The notes under the pieces are model-generated. The model made no database searches. It had not been told where the DNA came from and saw nothing but the letters and a program-made list of their open reading frames with translations. A stretch of 60,492 nt of DNA, counting the filler, from Dirinaria sp. TL-2023a (Eukaryota), in NCBI GenBank assembly GCA_051941275.1. It is 5 parts of 5 records of this genome, joined end to end, with 100 filler letters (N's around TTAATTAATTAA, not from the genome) between each part and the next. Parts side by side here need not be neighbours in the genome. Positions count along the whole stretch, not along the records: positions 1 to 12,037 come from JAVEBF010000795.1; positions 12,138 to 24,171 come from JAVEBF010000796.1; 3 more parts are not named here. One strand, written 5' to 3'. Positions 11,765 to 22,268 of the stretch are shown here, piece by piece. The position numbers and the translations under genes are program-made. How positions within the stretch are numbered: the stretch's first letter is position 1; each line of letters opens with the position of its first letter.

Positions 11765-12037
11765 TGTGGAGATGGATCGAATGAATCTGGGGGAGAGGGG
11801 CTGTGCAGGATGGGTGCTTATTGCAGAAGCTGGTGGTCGGTTGGTGGGTCGAGGAAACAGTGAAATGAGATTGGAAGTGGAGATCAATTCGGGATTAAAG
11901 TTCTTATGAATATTGTGCCGAAGATGGTTAATAATAAAGATTCAGAAAATAATGGAGGAAGAGAGAGAGAGAAATTGAGGAATGAGGAATTAAAAGGCAG
12001 GCAGGGTTTTTCTTTGTAGTGGTGGTCGTGGTGGTGG

Positions 12038-12137
12038 NNNNNNNNNNNNNNNNNNNNNNNNNNNNNNNNNNNNNNNNNNNNTTAATTAATTAANNNNNNN
12101 NNNNNNNNNNNNNNNNNNNNNNNNNNNNNNNNNNNNN
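12038..12137. other. Artificial contig-joining spacer
   Basis: 44 N + TTAATTAATTAA (stops in all six frames) + 44 N. Confidence 0.98.
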
Positions 12138-13212
12138 GGGGGCGGGGAGGGAGGTGTAGAATTCGATGAGGAGGAGGAGGTATTTCAGCGCTCGCAGTTT
12201 TTTGATCTCCGAGGTTTTGACCAGGTGTTCGAGGCGGTGGCTTACGAAGCGCGATCTCGTTTTCACGGCTTCGCCTGCTTCGATTGTGGAGATCCAGTCT
12301 TGGACCGGGACTTGGCGCAGCGTCGGCGTCCCGATTAGACTTTCGAGCGTGTATACGTCTTCGACTTTTGTGGCGGAGAGGTTCGCTTCGGGCACGGGCT
12401 TCGCTTCGTGGATCGCCGCTTGCATTTCTTCTTGTGTTGGCATCGAGGCTGTTGATGCTGCCATGCTGCTCACTATGGCGTCGGTGAGCGGATCGAGTTT
12501 TTTCTTCCCGGGAGACGAAGAAGAGGATTGAGAGGGTTTGGAGGGGGAGATTGCGTTTTCGGAGAGGGCGAGGATCGCTTTGCGCGATTTTGCAGTGCCG
12601 AATGTTAGGCCGAGGGTCGAGCGTGCGGAGAGGGTCTGGGGATGGTTGTTTAGCTTCGTGCAGATGTAGAGGAGTTTTTCTTCGTACGTTAGAGGGATCC
12701 TCGGCGGGTTTGGGATCGCCATTGGGCGCCGGCGCCGCCGCTGCGGAACGTAGTCTCGCCCGTACTGTCAGTTTCTGTGCTGGCAGCAATTGTAATTTGC
12801 CCCTCTCAGGGTCGTAGATCCCGATGTAGTGGTTGAGGAGCCCTGTTCCATCGCTTGTTGGCTCTTCTTCCCGTGCTACGTAGTCGAGTTTGGCATGGTC
12901 GGAGCTGTGGAGGAGGATTTCTGAGGGCGGGGCGGAGCCGGGGGTTTGTGTTCGAGGCTTCTTATATGGTGCGAAGGAGACATTGGAGGGAAGGCAGAGG
13001 CCTGGTGTCGAGGCTGCTTGAGGTCAGCGCGACGCTCAAGGATTGAAGACGATTGGGCATTTGAGAGTACCAAGTACTGGAATGCACTCGTCGAGGTCTT
13101 GCAGTAGGGAAAGCTTGACCGTGTCCGAGTCGATTGGATCTGGGACCGCGATTCTTTTTGTAGGCCGCTCAGCTGTGCTTTGGCTATGCCTCTTGCGTTT
13201 CTTTTCATGCAT
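12138..13212 (-). CDS. RPA49: RNA polymerase I subunit A49, 3'-truncated by the contig end
   Basis: Spliced reading MHEKKRKR...LLHSSDHAKLDYVARE...LNHYIGIYDPERGKLQL...ARSTLGLTFGTAKSRKAI...AKPVPEANLSATKVEDVY, with two introns. Confidence 0.85.
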
Positions 13213-13588
13213 AGCTAATCATGTGCTTTTACTGAAGCCAAAATCAACCATTCACATAATTGCAGGAATATTTCGAAAGCGGTCCTCCGAACTTTAACCG
13301 TAAAACCCTAGTCACGTGTGCTAACCTGAATTGAGTCCTACTTAGGTACGTCCTGTTACACTCAGACCAGAACGCAACATGGTCGAATACCTTACATTAT
13401 GGAAGGTAATCGCTCAAATCAGCGCCATTGCAAAAGGGGCAGCAATCACAGAGACCAAGTGTCACATATAAGACTCAGCTGGAGACCAATCAATTGAATA
13501 TGCTATCAAAATTCGTAACTTTTTCCAAATCAGCCATCGCAACATGGTTCCACGTTTCAACTCATCATTGGATCATATACAGTTCTGA

Positions 13589-15482
13589 TCAAGCTGCCGC
13601 AGTCACGGCGCTGGCGGTCTGCCTGGTCTCCCTTTCCAATACCGCCTCCATTGCTCCAAGAGCACCGCCAGCTTCGATCTCATGCTGAAGTCCATTCAAT
13701 CCAAGCTGCTCGTCGGTCCAAAGAGGTTGCTCATCGCCTTTGCCATCAACGCCAACTCCAACGAATCCGCCTTCAGCTGCCCAGTCCGCAGTCCGTTTGA
13801 TGCCGAGTTCTGTCCAGACAGCGTCCAAAGCATTCACCAAGTGCTCTCGAAGCTCCCGAGTATGGCCTGGCGTGGGTGTGAACCGCAGACGCTCTTCCCC
13901 TCTGGGGACAGTCGGATAGTTGATGGCTTGCACATAGATTCTCCAATCTTCCAGGAGTAGATCACTTGCTTTCTTCGCCACTTCGGCGTTACCGACAAGC
14001 ACGGGAACAATGTGCGACGGGTTTGGTATGATGGGTATGTCCTTCTCGGCGAGAGCGTCTTTGACGGCCCGAGTGTGCAGCTGCTGTAGCCTCCTGTCGC
14101 CCTGGTATCCCATTTGATATTCAATTGCTGTCTTCGCACCAGCCATCACAGACGGTGGCAGAGATGTAGTAAAGATGAAGCCTGGGGCGAGGGAGCGGAT
14201 CGTGTCTACCATTTTCGCCGAACCAGCGATGTAACCACCGACACATCCGTAGGCCTTTCCAAGTGTTCCGGTAATGATGTCTATCCTGTCCATAACAGTC
14301 CCACGCGGTCGTCCAGCAAGGTGAGCCTCATAATCCAGGTGCTCAGCGACGCCAGCACCATGTGGTCCATACATCCCAACAGCGTGCACTTCATCGAGAA
14401 AGGTAATTGCACCATACTTGTCCGCTAAGTCGCAAATTTCTTCGATTGGCCCAACGGAGCCACACATGCTGTAGACGCTTTCGAAAGCAATGATCTTTGG
14501 TACATCTCCAGGAAGAGATGCCAGCTTTGCTTCAAGGTCCGCGACGTCGTTATGTTTGAAAACCATCTTCTTCGCTCCCGAATGGCGGATGCCCTGGATC
14601 ATGGAGGCGTGGTTCATGCTATCAGAAAGGATCACGCAGTTTGGTAGCTTGTTCCCTAAAGTAGCCAGTGTGGCATCGTTCGCCACATAGCAAGAGGTAA
14701 AGACCAAGGCGGATTCTTGGGCATGCAACTTGGCAATGGCAGCCTCAAGGTCTACCGCATGTTGGTTATGGCCCGAGATGTTCCTAGTTCCTCCAGCACC
14801 GGAGCCGTACATGTCCAGAGTCTCATGCATTGTCTTCAGGACATGGGAGTTCCTTCCCATGCCTAGATAGTCGTTTGAGCACCAAACCGTTACTCGCTCA
14901 TCCTTCGCAGACATATGAGCTCTCGGAAACTCCTGGGCAAGTCGGTTGATGTTGTTGAAGTAGCGGTACGACTTGTCTTGGTGCTTCTTGTCAAGCTCAG
15001 CGTTATAGAAGGCTTCGTAGTTGAATTTGGCCAATTGAGGCGCCGGCGGTTTTGGACCCGGAGTGGAAGGATGCTGTACCGTCGCGGCCTCGGGTCTAGT
15101 GCTTTGTGGGACAGGCTCTGCAACAATTCAGTTCGATTGCCCATTCATCTTGCGGAGAAGACATACCACCCTGCGCAGGTCGGATCATCTCACTGCCAAC
15201 AGTCGCACGCTGAGGCCTGGTTGTGTGGAGGTTCGCCTTTCCATGATAAGCTCGAATGCCGCCGTAAACGCCACCAAGCGGTGCATTGCCAGACTTGGCT
15301 GTCTGGACAGCCATTGCCTTGCCCATGATGGGACATCGTCGAGCCAAAACCTGGAGATTGGACATGCTTCCCCCCCCACTAGAAGCGGAACGAGTGGAGG
15401 TAGAAAGAGAGCGTAGAGTGGCTGGAGACGTTTTGTTGAGAAAGGGGCACATAGAGCGGGACTGCCGAAGAAGAGTCTCCAT
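13589..15482 (-). CDS. HEM1: Mitochondrial 5-aminolevulinate synthase
   Basis: Motifs [26 protein letters not shown] and TLGKAYG (PLP lysine). The presequence has CP heme-regulatory motifs (SMCPFL, RRCPIM). One intron at ~15166-15118. Confidence 0.96.
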
Positions 15483-15787
15483 GATTTGCGATTGAAAAGG
15501 CTTTCAGAAGCTCCAAGACAAAGAGGCAAAAAGGGCTTCGTTCAGTGTATGTGGCACAATACTAGGCAGAACGTTGCGAGAGGAGGAGAGGGAGGAGAAG
15601 GAGGAGTGAGACGAACAATGACAGCGAAAACCGAGAATGAAGAAGATTGGGGTAGCGAGAATAATACGGTAGAAGGCGGTCGGTAAGATCTTCGGTGCGT
15701 TCCTAAACGAGGTCTACACGAGGATCGCCTCAGCCTGAGCGCCTTTAGTGTACAGTAGTCGTCCATGCTGTCAGCATTGCGATTTGG

Positions 15788-15807
15788 CCAATCAGCGATC
15801 GCGCATT
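15788..15807 (+). promoter_or_regulatory. CCAAT box matching the CBC:HapX bipartite consensus CSAAT-N12-RWT, upstream of HEM1
   Basis: CCAAT at 15788-15792, 12 nt, then ATT at 15805-15807, ~300 bp upstream of the HEM1 ATG. The ALA-synthase gene is a known HapX target in Aspergillus, but the motif is short. Confidence 0.4.
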
Positions 15808-15978
15808 ACGACCTTTGCCAAGATTCGGTGTGAAAAAAAACGGGTGAGGCGGGGATAATAACGGGATCCTCTCGACCCCGGCATCCTGTGGTCGGACACT
15901 CCGATACATTAAAATCAATGGACGTACCTTTACTATCATATGTGTATGACATGTTATATATCTAAGTAACTCTATCAA

Positions 15979-16959
15979 TTAAGTACCCTCATACAGTGAG
16001 AGGCTGAAAGCAGCAGACTCCTCTAAACCGACGGACGAGCACGAGCTCCCAAACAGAGAGCCGCAACGTTTCGTCTTTTCCCACTCTGTATCAATCACAG
16101 TCTTGATTAGGCCGTTCTTTGGATTCCATCCATGCTTCACGAGCAGCGGCGGAACATCCACCCCGTGGACACTTCGAATCGCATTGATTGACTCTTCCAC
16201 CTGGCGAACTTTGACTTCCCCTTGAATCCACTTGGAGGTTCTCGGTCCGCCTTCAAATTCCACTTCCATTGGCATCGGGCCTTGACTGAGGTTCAAAGAA
16301 TGCACGTTTTTCCATCCGCCAGTCCAGTCCACAACACCATTAGTACCAAGTACAGAGAGCCAGTCAGTGCAGCCTTCGACATCCAGGTACTGCAACTTTA
16401 TCAAAGTCTTACTCAAGCGGGACAGATTGCCAGCTATAAAGGACCAGGGTTCGGCATGGACGGCCCAATAGGCTAAAGAAAGATGTGTGAGACAGGGTAT
16501 TCGGAGTGCGAAAGAAAGGAAGGAAAGCCATGATATGTTATGTCCAGGATGGGCTAGACAGAGGTGTGTTAGAGACGTGAATCCTGATGATACAGACCCG
16601 GCAAGATATCCATTCAGCTCATTAAAGGTCACGCTTGATCCAATGGAGCCCGAAAGATCCAGATGTCGCAACTCTATAGGAGATGAACTTGGGTAGTCCT
16701 CTGATTCTGTGTCCCGTTCCTGCAGGAAGGTCTGCAGCTCGCCCATGGAAATGCCCCTTGACCGGTACGCGGCGATGTAGCTGAGCAGATATTGTTTCAG
16801 ATGCACGGGAACATCTGTTGTATCGGAACGGCATGTGAACAACTCATTGTCCAAATTCTGTACAACGGCAATTAAACAGCGGTCCATTAAGGATCCCTCT
16901 GGAATTGCCTGACAGCCTGGGAAGCGGTATATGTGATGTCGGCATGTGAGAAGAGACAT
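15979..16959 (-). CDS. Leucine-rich-repeat (RNI-like) hypothetical protein
   Basis: Repeats LRHLDLSGS, LTHLCLAHP, LTHLSLAYW, LQYLDVEGC and VHSLNLSQ. First in-frame ATG is at 16959; the ORF is open to 16995. Confidence 0.7.
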   Translation of the reverse strand: MSLLTCRHHIYRFPGCQAIPEGSLMDRCLIAVVQNLDNELFTCRSDTTDVPVHLKQYLLSYIAAYRSRGISMGELQTFLQERDTESEDYPSSSPIELRHLDLSGSIGSSVTFNELNGYLAGSVSSGFTSLTHLCLAHPGHNISWLSFLSFALRIPCLTHLSLAYWAVHAEPWSFIAGNLSRLSKTLIKLQYLDVEGCTDWLSVLGTNGVVDWTGGWKNVHSLNLSQGPMPMEVEFEGGPRTSKWIQGEVKVRQVEESINAIRSVHGVDVPPLLVKHGWNPKNGLIKTVIDTEWEKTKRCGSLFGSSCSSVGLEESAAFSLSLYEGT

Positions 16960-18177
16960 GGTCAAAAAGTCTATATTATATGTATAATCAGACAAGCAAA
17001 GTGGAAAACAAGACGCCTGCCTTTAAACGGTTATGGGAGAGCGGCAAATCAGACCTGGTTTTAGTTGACCATTGTCTGTTGAGATAACCGAATATTGCTG
17101 CCGTTCCGCCTCGTTCCCTTGGTTCGAGGGGTTGGAGGATAGCCAAATCTATACTCGAGAATACGCAATCTGCTGTGGTCTGGAGCACGGTTCGCTGCGT
17201 CTCACTCGACTTGCTCTCGCCAAAGCCGGCAAAATGTAAGAGTGAGATATAAACAGCTCAACTAATGCGCCTCGCCCTATGTGTACAGCTTGTGCCTGTA
17301 CATCGTGCCTTTGCGCTGCACACGTCCAAGGAAAGGGTTTTGCAGCCCACACTTGGAGCGAGCAAGGCCTCGAATCACCAGAAACCGTGGCTGATGTTAC
17401 CTTAAGGTTGAAGTCTTGTGTTACTTGGAAGATAAGTCAAGGCAGTATGCCTCAGTTCGCTGCGAGTCCAATGAAATACCCGACCGCTCAAGTCAAGGCC
17501 CTAAGGCAAGTCCAAAAGTTAGTGGGCGGGCGTAACCGTGGCTGCAGAGACCAAACCCGCAAGCTTAAAGGTAATGAGCAGAATCAGCTTGTTCTCTGCG
17601 CATAAGGCGATTGAGAGGTTAAAGAGTCAAGTATTCTCCGAATTTCTTGCACCAAAGAACAAAATGCTCTCAGCCGTGCGACGTGATCTCGCAGCTGACA
17701 TTTACCCGCACTCGTGTGGCAGCCAACAACGTGGGGGTAACGGACTCTTTTGCGTGATTCGTTTCATCGCCTTGTTCGTCTCGCTCGGCCTGCACTATGA
17801 TTTGTTCGAGCTCTCGCCTTGCAGCAACGCTGCATATCACACTGGCTAAGCTTTAATTGGCGGCGTGTCGTTGCATGCTTTATCAATAATCAAGCATTTA
17901 TTAGGTGGCAGAATGGATCGTGGATCCGGACACGAAGAGTTTATCTGCCGAAAGGCCAGGTCGATTCTAATCTAGCCCTCAGTTCCTCCGTGAGGTGTGG
18001 CACCGCTCCATGTCCTATCAATACTAGCTACCACGGGAGGTGCTCTCAATCGCTGAACAGAGGGGGAACGTACTTCAAGGCTTCGAGTCATGAAGCTTCG
18101 TATCCTCTTTCTTGCCAGCGAACACATTTCCCTCGGATCTGCAATTTTTACAGATCCTCGTTGCACAGCGTGGAGAA

Positions 18178-21100
18178 ATGGCTGAAGCTCTCGCGGCTGT
18201 TGGAATTGGCGCCTCCATCTTACAGTTTGTCACTGTGACTGGAAAACTGATACAGCGCATCAATGAATTCAGTTCGACTGCTGAACAAATGCCCAAAGCG
18301 CTTCGAGCTATCCATTTACAGTTACCCTTTCTCGTCGAAACTTGTCGAAATTTGGATACCGGTAACGAGTCCGAGAATGTTTTAGCAATCATTAATGCAT
18401 GTCATGAAGAGATTGAAGACCTCCACCAGATGCTCAACAAGATTCACTCGGGACCTGAAGATCGGAAACTACGTCGCGCTTTCAAAGCGTTTAACAGCAT
18501 TCGGTACCAAGATAGATTCGACGTTGCGCTGCAAAAGATCGAACACTTGAAAACGAACTTGATTCTCCACTCTTGCCAGGCAAGAAATGAAGTTCCTAAA
18601 GGAGGGTCTACAGCACAACAAATAACTCACAATCTCCGATCTGCACCCCTAACGCCCTCTATCCCTCGCCGTAAACTCCTGCGGCAGATTCATCAACAAT
18701 TCAATGAGTATGAATACGAGAGCAGCAGACACAGGATTGTCGTATTGATTGGTATGGGAGGTCAAGGAAAGAGTTGGCTCGCGCTTGATTTTGGACGGCA
18801 GGTCGCAACCGAGTCTCCCTCCACGCTGGTTTTGTGGCTCGACGCAACGTCCAAAAGAAGTTTGACAAGAAGTCTTGAGGACATTGCAGATCGATGGAAT
18901 GGTCGTAAGGGAAAGTTCGTCGATAGCGACTCGCGAATGAAGTATGTTAGGGAAGTCTTGTCCGAGCGAGAATGGCTACTGGTCTTCGACAACTACGATC
19001 ACCCCGACCAGTTCGCCGACATTTGTACGTTCATACCACCAGGTAACGGTAGGATCCTGATCACCAGCAGACATGCAGATGCTGGCATGTTAGGGAAAAC
19101 TATACAATTTGCAGGGATGGATCAACGTGAAGGCTTGGATCTTCTTCGTCGTCGGACCGAACAGAATCTTGACGATCCTGCTATTCATGAAGAAGCAATT
19201 AAGATATTGCAGGCACTTGGCCATCTCCCACTCGCCATCGACCAAGCCGCAGCGTACATTCGCCAGCAGCGGCTTCCTCTCCATCAATTTCTCCAGCGTT
19301 ATGAGAGCCAGAAGGAGACGGTTCTCAACCAGAAACACGTCTATTGGGACTACAAAAAAAAGCTTCACGGAGAAGAAAAAGAAGAGACGCCGCTAGGTGT
19401 ACTAACAACCTGGGAGTTGTCGATCCAGCAGGTCAGTGGCATAAGTTCCACGCGGAGTGAGGTAGAACACCTCCTAACGATTGCCGCGTTTCTCGGCCAT
19501 ATTGAAGTCAGTGAAAGCCTATTCAGAGAGTACGCCCAGCGGGTGCGGCCAGTACCTGAGTGGCTGGGCCGCTTCACAAAAAAGGGAGAATGGGACCCGC
19601 ACCCGTATCGAGATGTAGTATCAGAGCTTCTAAGGCTATCATTAGCGCAGGGCAATAGCAGCGGCTCTGGCGAATGTTGCTTGTCACTGCATCCAATGAT
19701 CAAGGACTGGCTTCAATTACGGATTAGTGACGCTGATCGCAGTGGGTACATAATGGAGACGATCAATATTCTAGCCAATTTCATCGACGCAAACGTCCAG
19801 GAACGCTCACTACAAGAGGCTAGAGGGCTTTTAGGACACCTAGATGCCTGCATTCATAGTCACAGGAAATTCCAGACGGCTGGAGGTCGTTTAGGATTCG
19901 GACATCTGCGCGGTCACGCTATAACATTCTCCACATTCTACTTGAGCCATGGGCGATACCGGGAAGCTGAGGAAGGGTTCCAAGCTGTTTTAGATCATGA
20001 TGAGGAATATTACGGGAAGAACCATACTCATACATTCCGCACAATGAGACACCTTGCTGATGCGTTCGTGCACGGAGGCAAATACGAAAAGGCGCATTAC
20101 TTGCTCAGTAAGGCTCTACATGAAAGCGAGAAGAAGACGGATCTCGAAACGCTCCATATTCTGTCAGGATTGGCTGGGGTTTATGCCAAGCAAGACCGTC
20201 CAGCTGATGCTGAGAGATACTATGAGGCTGCTCTAAGAGGCCATGCCGTGCGGAAGGAGCTCGCTAAACCACATGAAGTTTTTCCATTGTATGAACGGCT
20301 TGCAGAGGTAAAGCGATATCTTGGCAAGCATGCCGAGGCAGAGGACCTCTATATGCAAGCACACCGAGGCTACGAGCAGAATTGCGCTTATGATGAGGAT
20401 GCCACACTGGACATGTTGCGTACAGCTGGAGGGCTTGCAGATCTGCTTCGCGCCATCGGCCGCTATGGCGAAGCCGAGATCTCCTACCGAGAAGCATGGC
20501 AAGGCTATAAGAGGCATCTTGGCTCCGATCATCCCAAAACGACCGTGATGTTGGCCAACCTCGCTATCTCTTGCCGCAATCAAGAGAAATTTGAGGAAGC
20601 AGAGATGTATCTCGAAGAGTCTGTAGCAGTACTTCGCCAAAGCCTCGGACCAGATCACCCGGACAGTCTCCGAGCGTTGATGAATTTGTCTATATGCATA
20701 GACAAGCAGAAACGTTACAAAGAGGCAGAAACCAAGTACTGGGAAGTCTTGAAAGGACGCGAGAAAAAACTGGGACTGAGCCATCCTTATACGCTGAGGA
20801 CAATTGAACGACTCGCGCACATGCTTTGGATGCAAGATCAGCATGACAGAGCAGAGAGCCTAGTTCGCAAGATTCTCACCAAAGAGGGAAAGCTGTCTGT
20901 TGAGCACCAGCCCAGGTCGATCAATTGCGGAAAATTTCCAGCACTCGAAAAGCTTTATACCGACGCTCGAGAACGCTGTAAGTCTAAATTGTCGCCCGGG
21001 CACGTAGACGCTCTTGAGACATATGAATGCTTGCGGCTCGTCTACGTCGAGCAGGGCCAGCATGACAAGGCTAAGGAGCTCGCTGATCAACTTGCGAATG

Positions 21101-21405
21101 CGAAATACAAATCGAAGCCGGACTGCGAACAGCAAACGCAAGATAAAGGAGCAAAGAGTTTCTCACCGAAATCGCAAGAAGAAAAATTGGAAGAGGCCGC
21201 CGACAACGCGCAACAAGACCGGAGCCTGCCAGATAAAGAATCGGATTTGCTAGAACAAACAGAGAGTAAGATCCTGCCAAAGAGCGCTCAACATTTCGTT
21301 CAACAGAGTCATAATCCTTATCGAACTGCACTGTATCTTCTATCGCTGGCGCTGTGCCTCTGGTACATCTGGTCTGGCTGGCCTCTATCACATCCACCAC
21401 CCTGA
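18178..21405 (+). CDS. Fungal NLR: SesA/HeLo-like N-terminal helical domain, NB-ARC, TPR repeats and a C-terminal hydrophobic tail
   Basis: N-terminus MAEALAAVGIGASILQFV, Walker A GMGGQGKS (18751-18774), Walker B WLLVFDNYD, ILITSR, GHLPLAIDQAAAYI, LHPMI, and kinesin-light-chain-type TPRs (LGSDHPKT, LGPDHPDSL, LGLSHPYTL). Intronless. Confidence 0.92.
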   Translation: MAEALAAVGIGASILQFVTVTGKLIQRINEFSSTAEQMPKALRAIHLQLPFLVETCRNLDTGNESENVLAIINACHEEIEDLHQMLNKIHSGPEDRKLRRAFKAFNSIRYQDRFDVALQKIEHLKTNLILHSCQARNEVPKGGSTAQQITHNLRSAPLTPSIPRRKLLRQIHQQFNEYEYESSRHRIVVLIGMGGQGKSWLALDFGRQVATESPSTLVLWLDATSKRSLTRSLEDIADRWNGRKGKFVDSDSRMKYVREVLSEREWLLVFDNYDHPDQFADICTFIPPGNGRILITSRHADAGMLGKTIQFAGMDQREGLDLLRRRTEQNLDDPAIHEEAIKILQALGHLPLAIDQAAAYIRQQRLPLHQFLQRYESQKETVLNQKHVYWDYKKKLHGEEKEETPLGVLTTWELSIQQVSGISSTRSEVEHLLTIAAFLGHIEVSESLFREYAQRVRPVPEWLGRFTKKGEWDPHPYRDVVSELLRLSLAQGNSSGSGECCLSLHPMIKDWLQLRISDADRSGYIMETINILANFIDANVQERSLQEARGLLGHLDACIHSHRKFQTAGGRLGFGHLRGHAITFSTFYLSHGRYREAEEGFQAVLDHDEEYYGKNHTHTFRTMRHLADAFVHGGKYEKAHYLLSKALHESEKKTDLETLHILSGLAGVYAKQDRPADAERYYEAALRGHAVRKELAKPHEVFPLYERLAEVKRYLGKHAEAEDLYMQAHRGYEQNCAYDEDATLDMLRTAGGLADLLRAIGRYGEAEISYREAWQGYKRHLGSDHPKTTVMLANLAISCRNQEKFEEAEMYLEESVAVLRQSLGPDHPDSLRALMNLSICIDKQKRYKEAETKYWEVLKGREKKLGLSHPYTLRTIERLAHMLWMQDQHDRAESLVRKILTKEGKLSVEHQPRSINCGKFPALEKLYTDARERCKSKLSPGHVDALETYECLRLVYVEQGQHDKAKELADQLANAKYKSKPDCEQQTQDKGAKSFSPKSQEEKLEEAADNAQQDRSLPDKESDLLEQTESKILPKSAQHFVQQSHNPYRTALYLLSLALCLWYIWSGWPLSHPPP

Positions 21406-21448
21406 ACAAGCTCTACAGCCGAAGCATTGAAGAATCCGCAGCCAGCGA

Positions 21449-22268
21449 TCATGACTGGAGCGCTTCCTCCCCCGTCCATTCATCGACTATAGCCTCAGGA
21501 ACATCCTTTACGAGGACATGAATATGTTCCAAACCCTTCACGCTCTGCAAGGCGTCCCAGTTCTTGAACCACACCACCTTCTCACTGGCACCCGGCGCCT
21601 CCCGCTCCAACCTACTAACAAAGATCTTTTGCACGAAATCCTCTATCAGCTGCCCTGCCTCCGTCGTCGGAAAGCCTGTCTCCTCGTACGTCGGGATCCG
21701 CGGTTTAGACCACACGATCAAATGCGTAATGCGCGCTTCGAAAGATCCATACGGCCAGTCGTTACGCAAGATCTTATAATCTCTCGGATCACGAAAGGGT
21801 GCCGGATCGCACGCTTCGAAGATTGGGCCCGTCTCGGCGGACGAGCTAGGAAGAGGTGTCCATTGCAGGCGTTCTGTATACATGTAGACGGTGATCGAGC
21901 CGTAGGCGTTGATAATGTCCTTGCACCAGGCTTTGTAGACGACTCGCTCCGAAGGTTTGCGGCGGATCACTTCGAGGCGCTTTTTTTCTGTTTCGTTGTT
22001 GGTATTTGTTTTTGAATATCCCGTGGCCACTTTTGGTCCATCACACTATGCCCATATATTCTATATAAAATGGCACGGGCTCTTCGGAAAGGAGAGCTCG
22101 CCTTCAGCAGGAGCACGTACCGACAAGATCCTTCACCTCCGCCCAGGAAAAGACTTTGTCGTGCATCTCGGGCGGTATCTGCTGCGGTGCAGAGTGCGAA
22201 GACGCGACTTCTGATTGCACCCATGCGGGGGTTGCAGGCGGTAGATCACCGCGGATTATCCCTTCCAT
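21449..22268 (-). CDS. GIG1 / DUF3605 family (N-acetylglucosamine-induced protein-like)
   Basis: Motifs KILRNDWPYG, HLIVWSK and WFKNWDALQSVKGLEHIHVL. The 5' exon (SWAEVKDLV, GTACGT donor) is spliced to KKRLEVIRRKPS. Start codon is uncertain. Confidence 0.82.

Noticed and set aside
12082..12093. Palindromic TTAATTAATTAA repeated four times at ~12-kb spacing
   Set aside because: It is an artificial six-frame-stop linker inside N padding, not a biological repeat or CRISPR.
1313..21405. Idea that the protease/effector pair and the NLR form one immune cluster
   Set aside because: They lie on different contigs separated by an artificial spacer, so linkage cannot be inferred.
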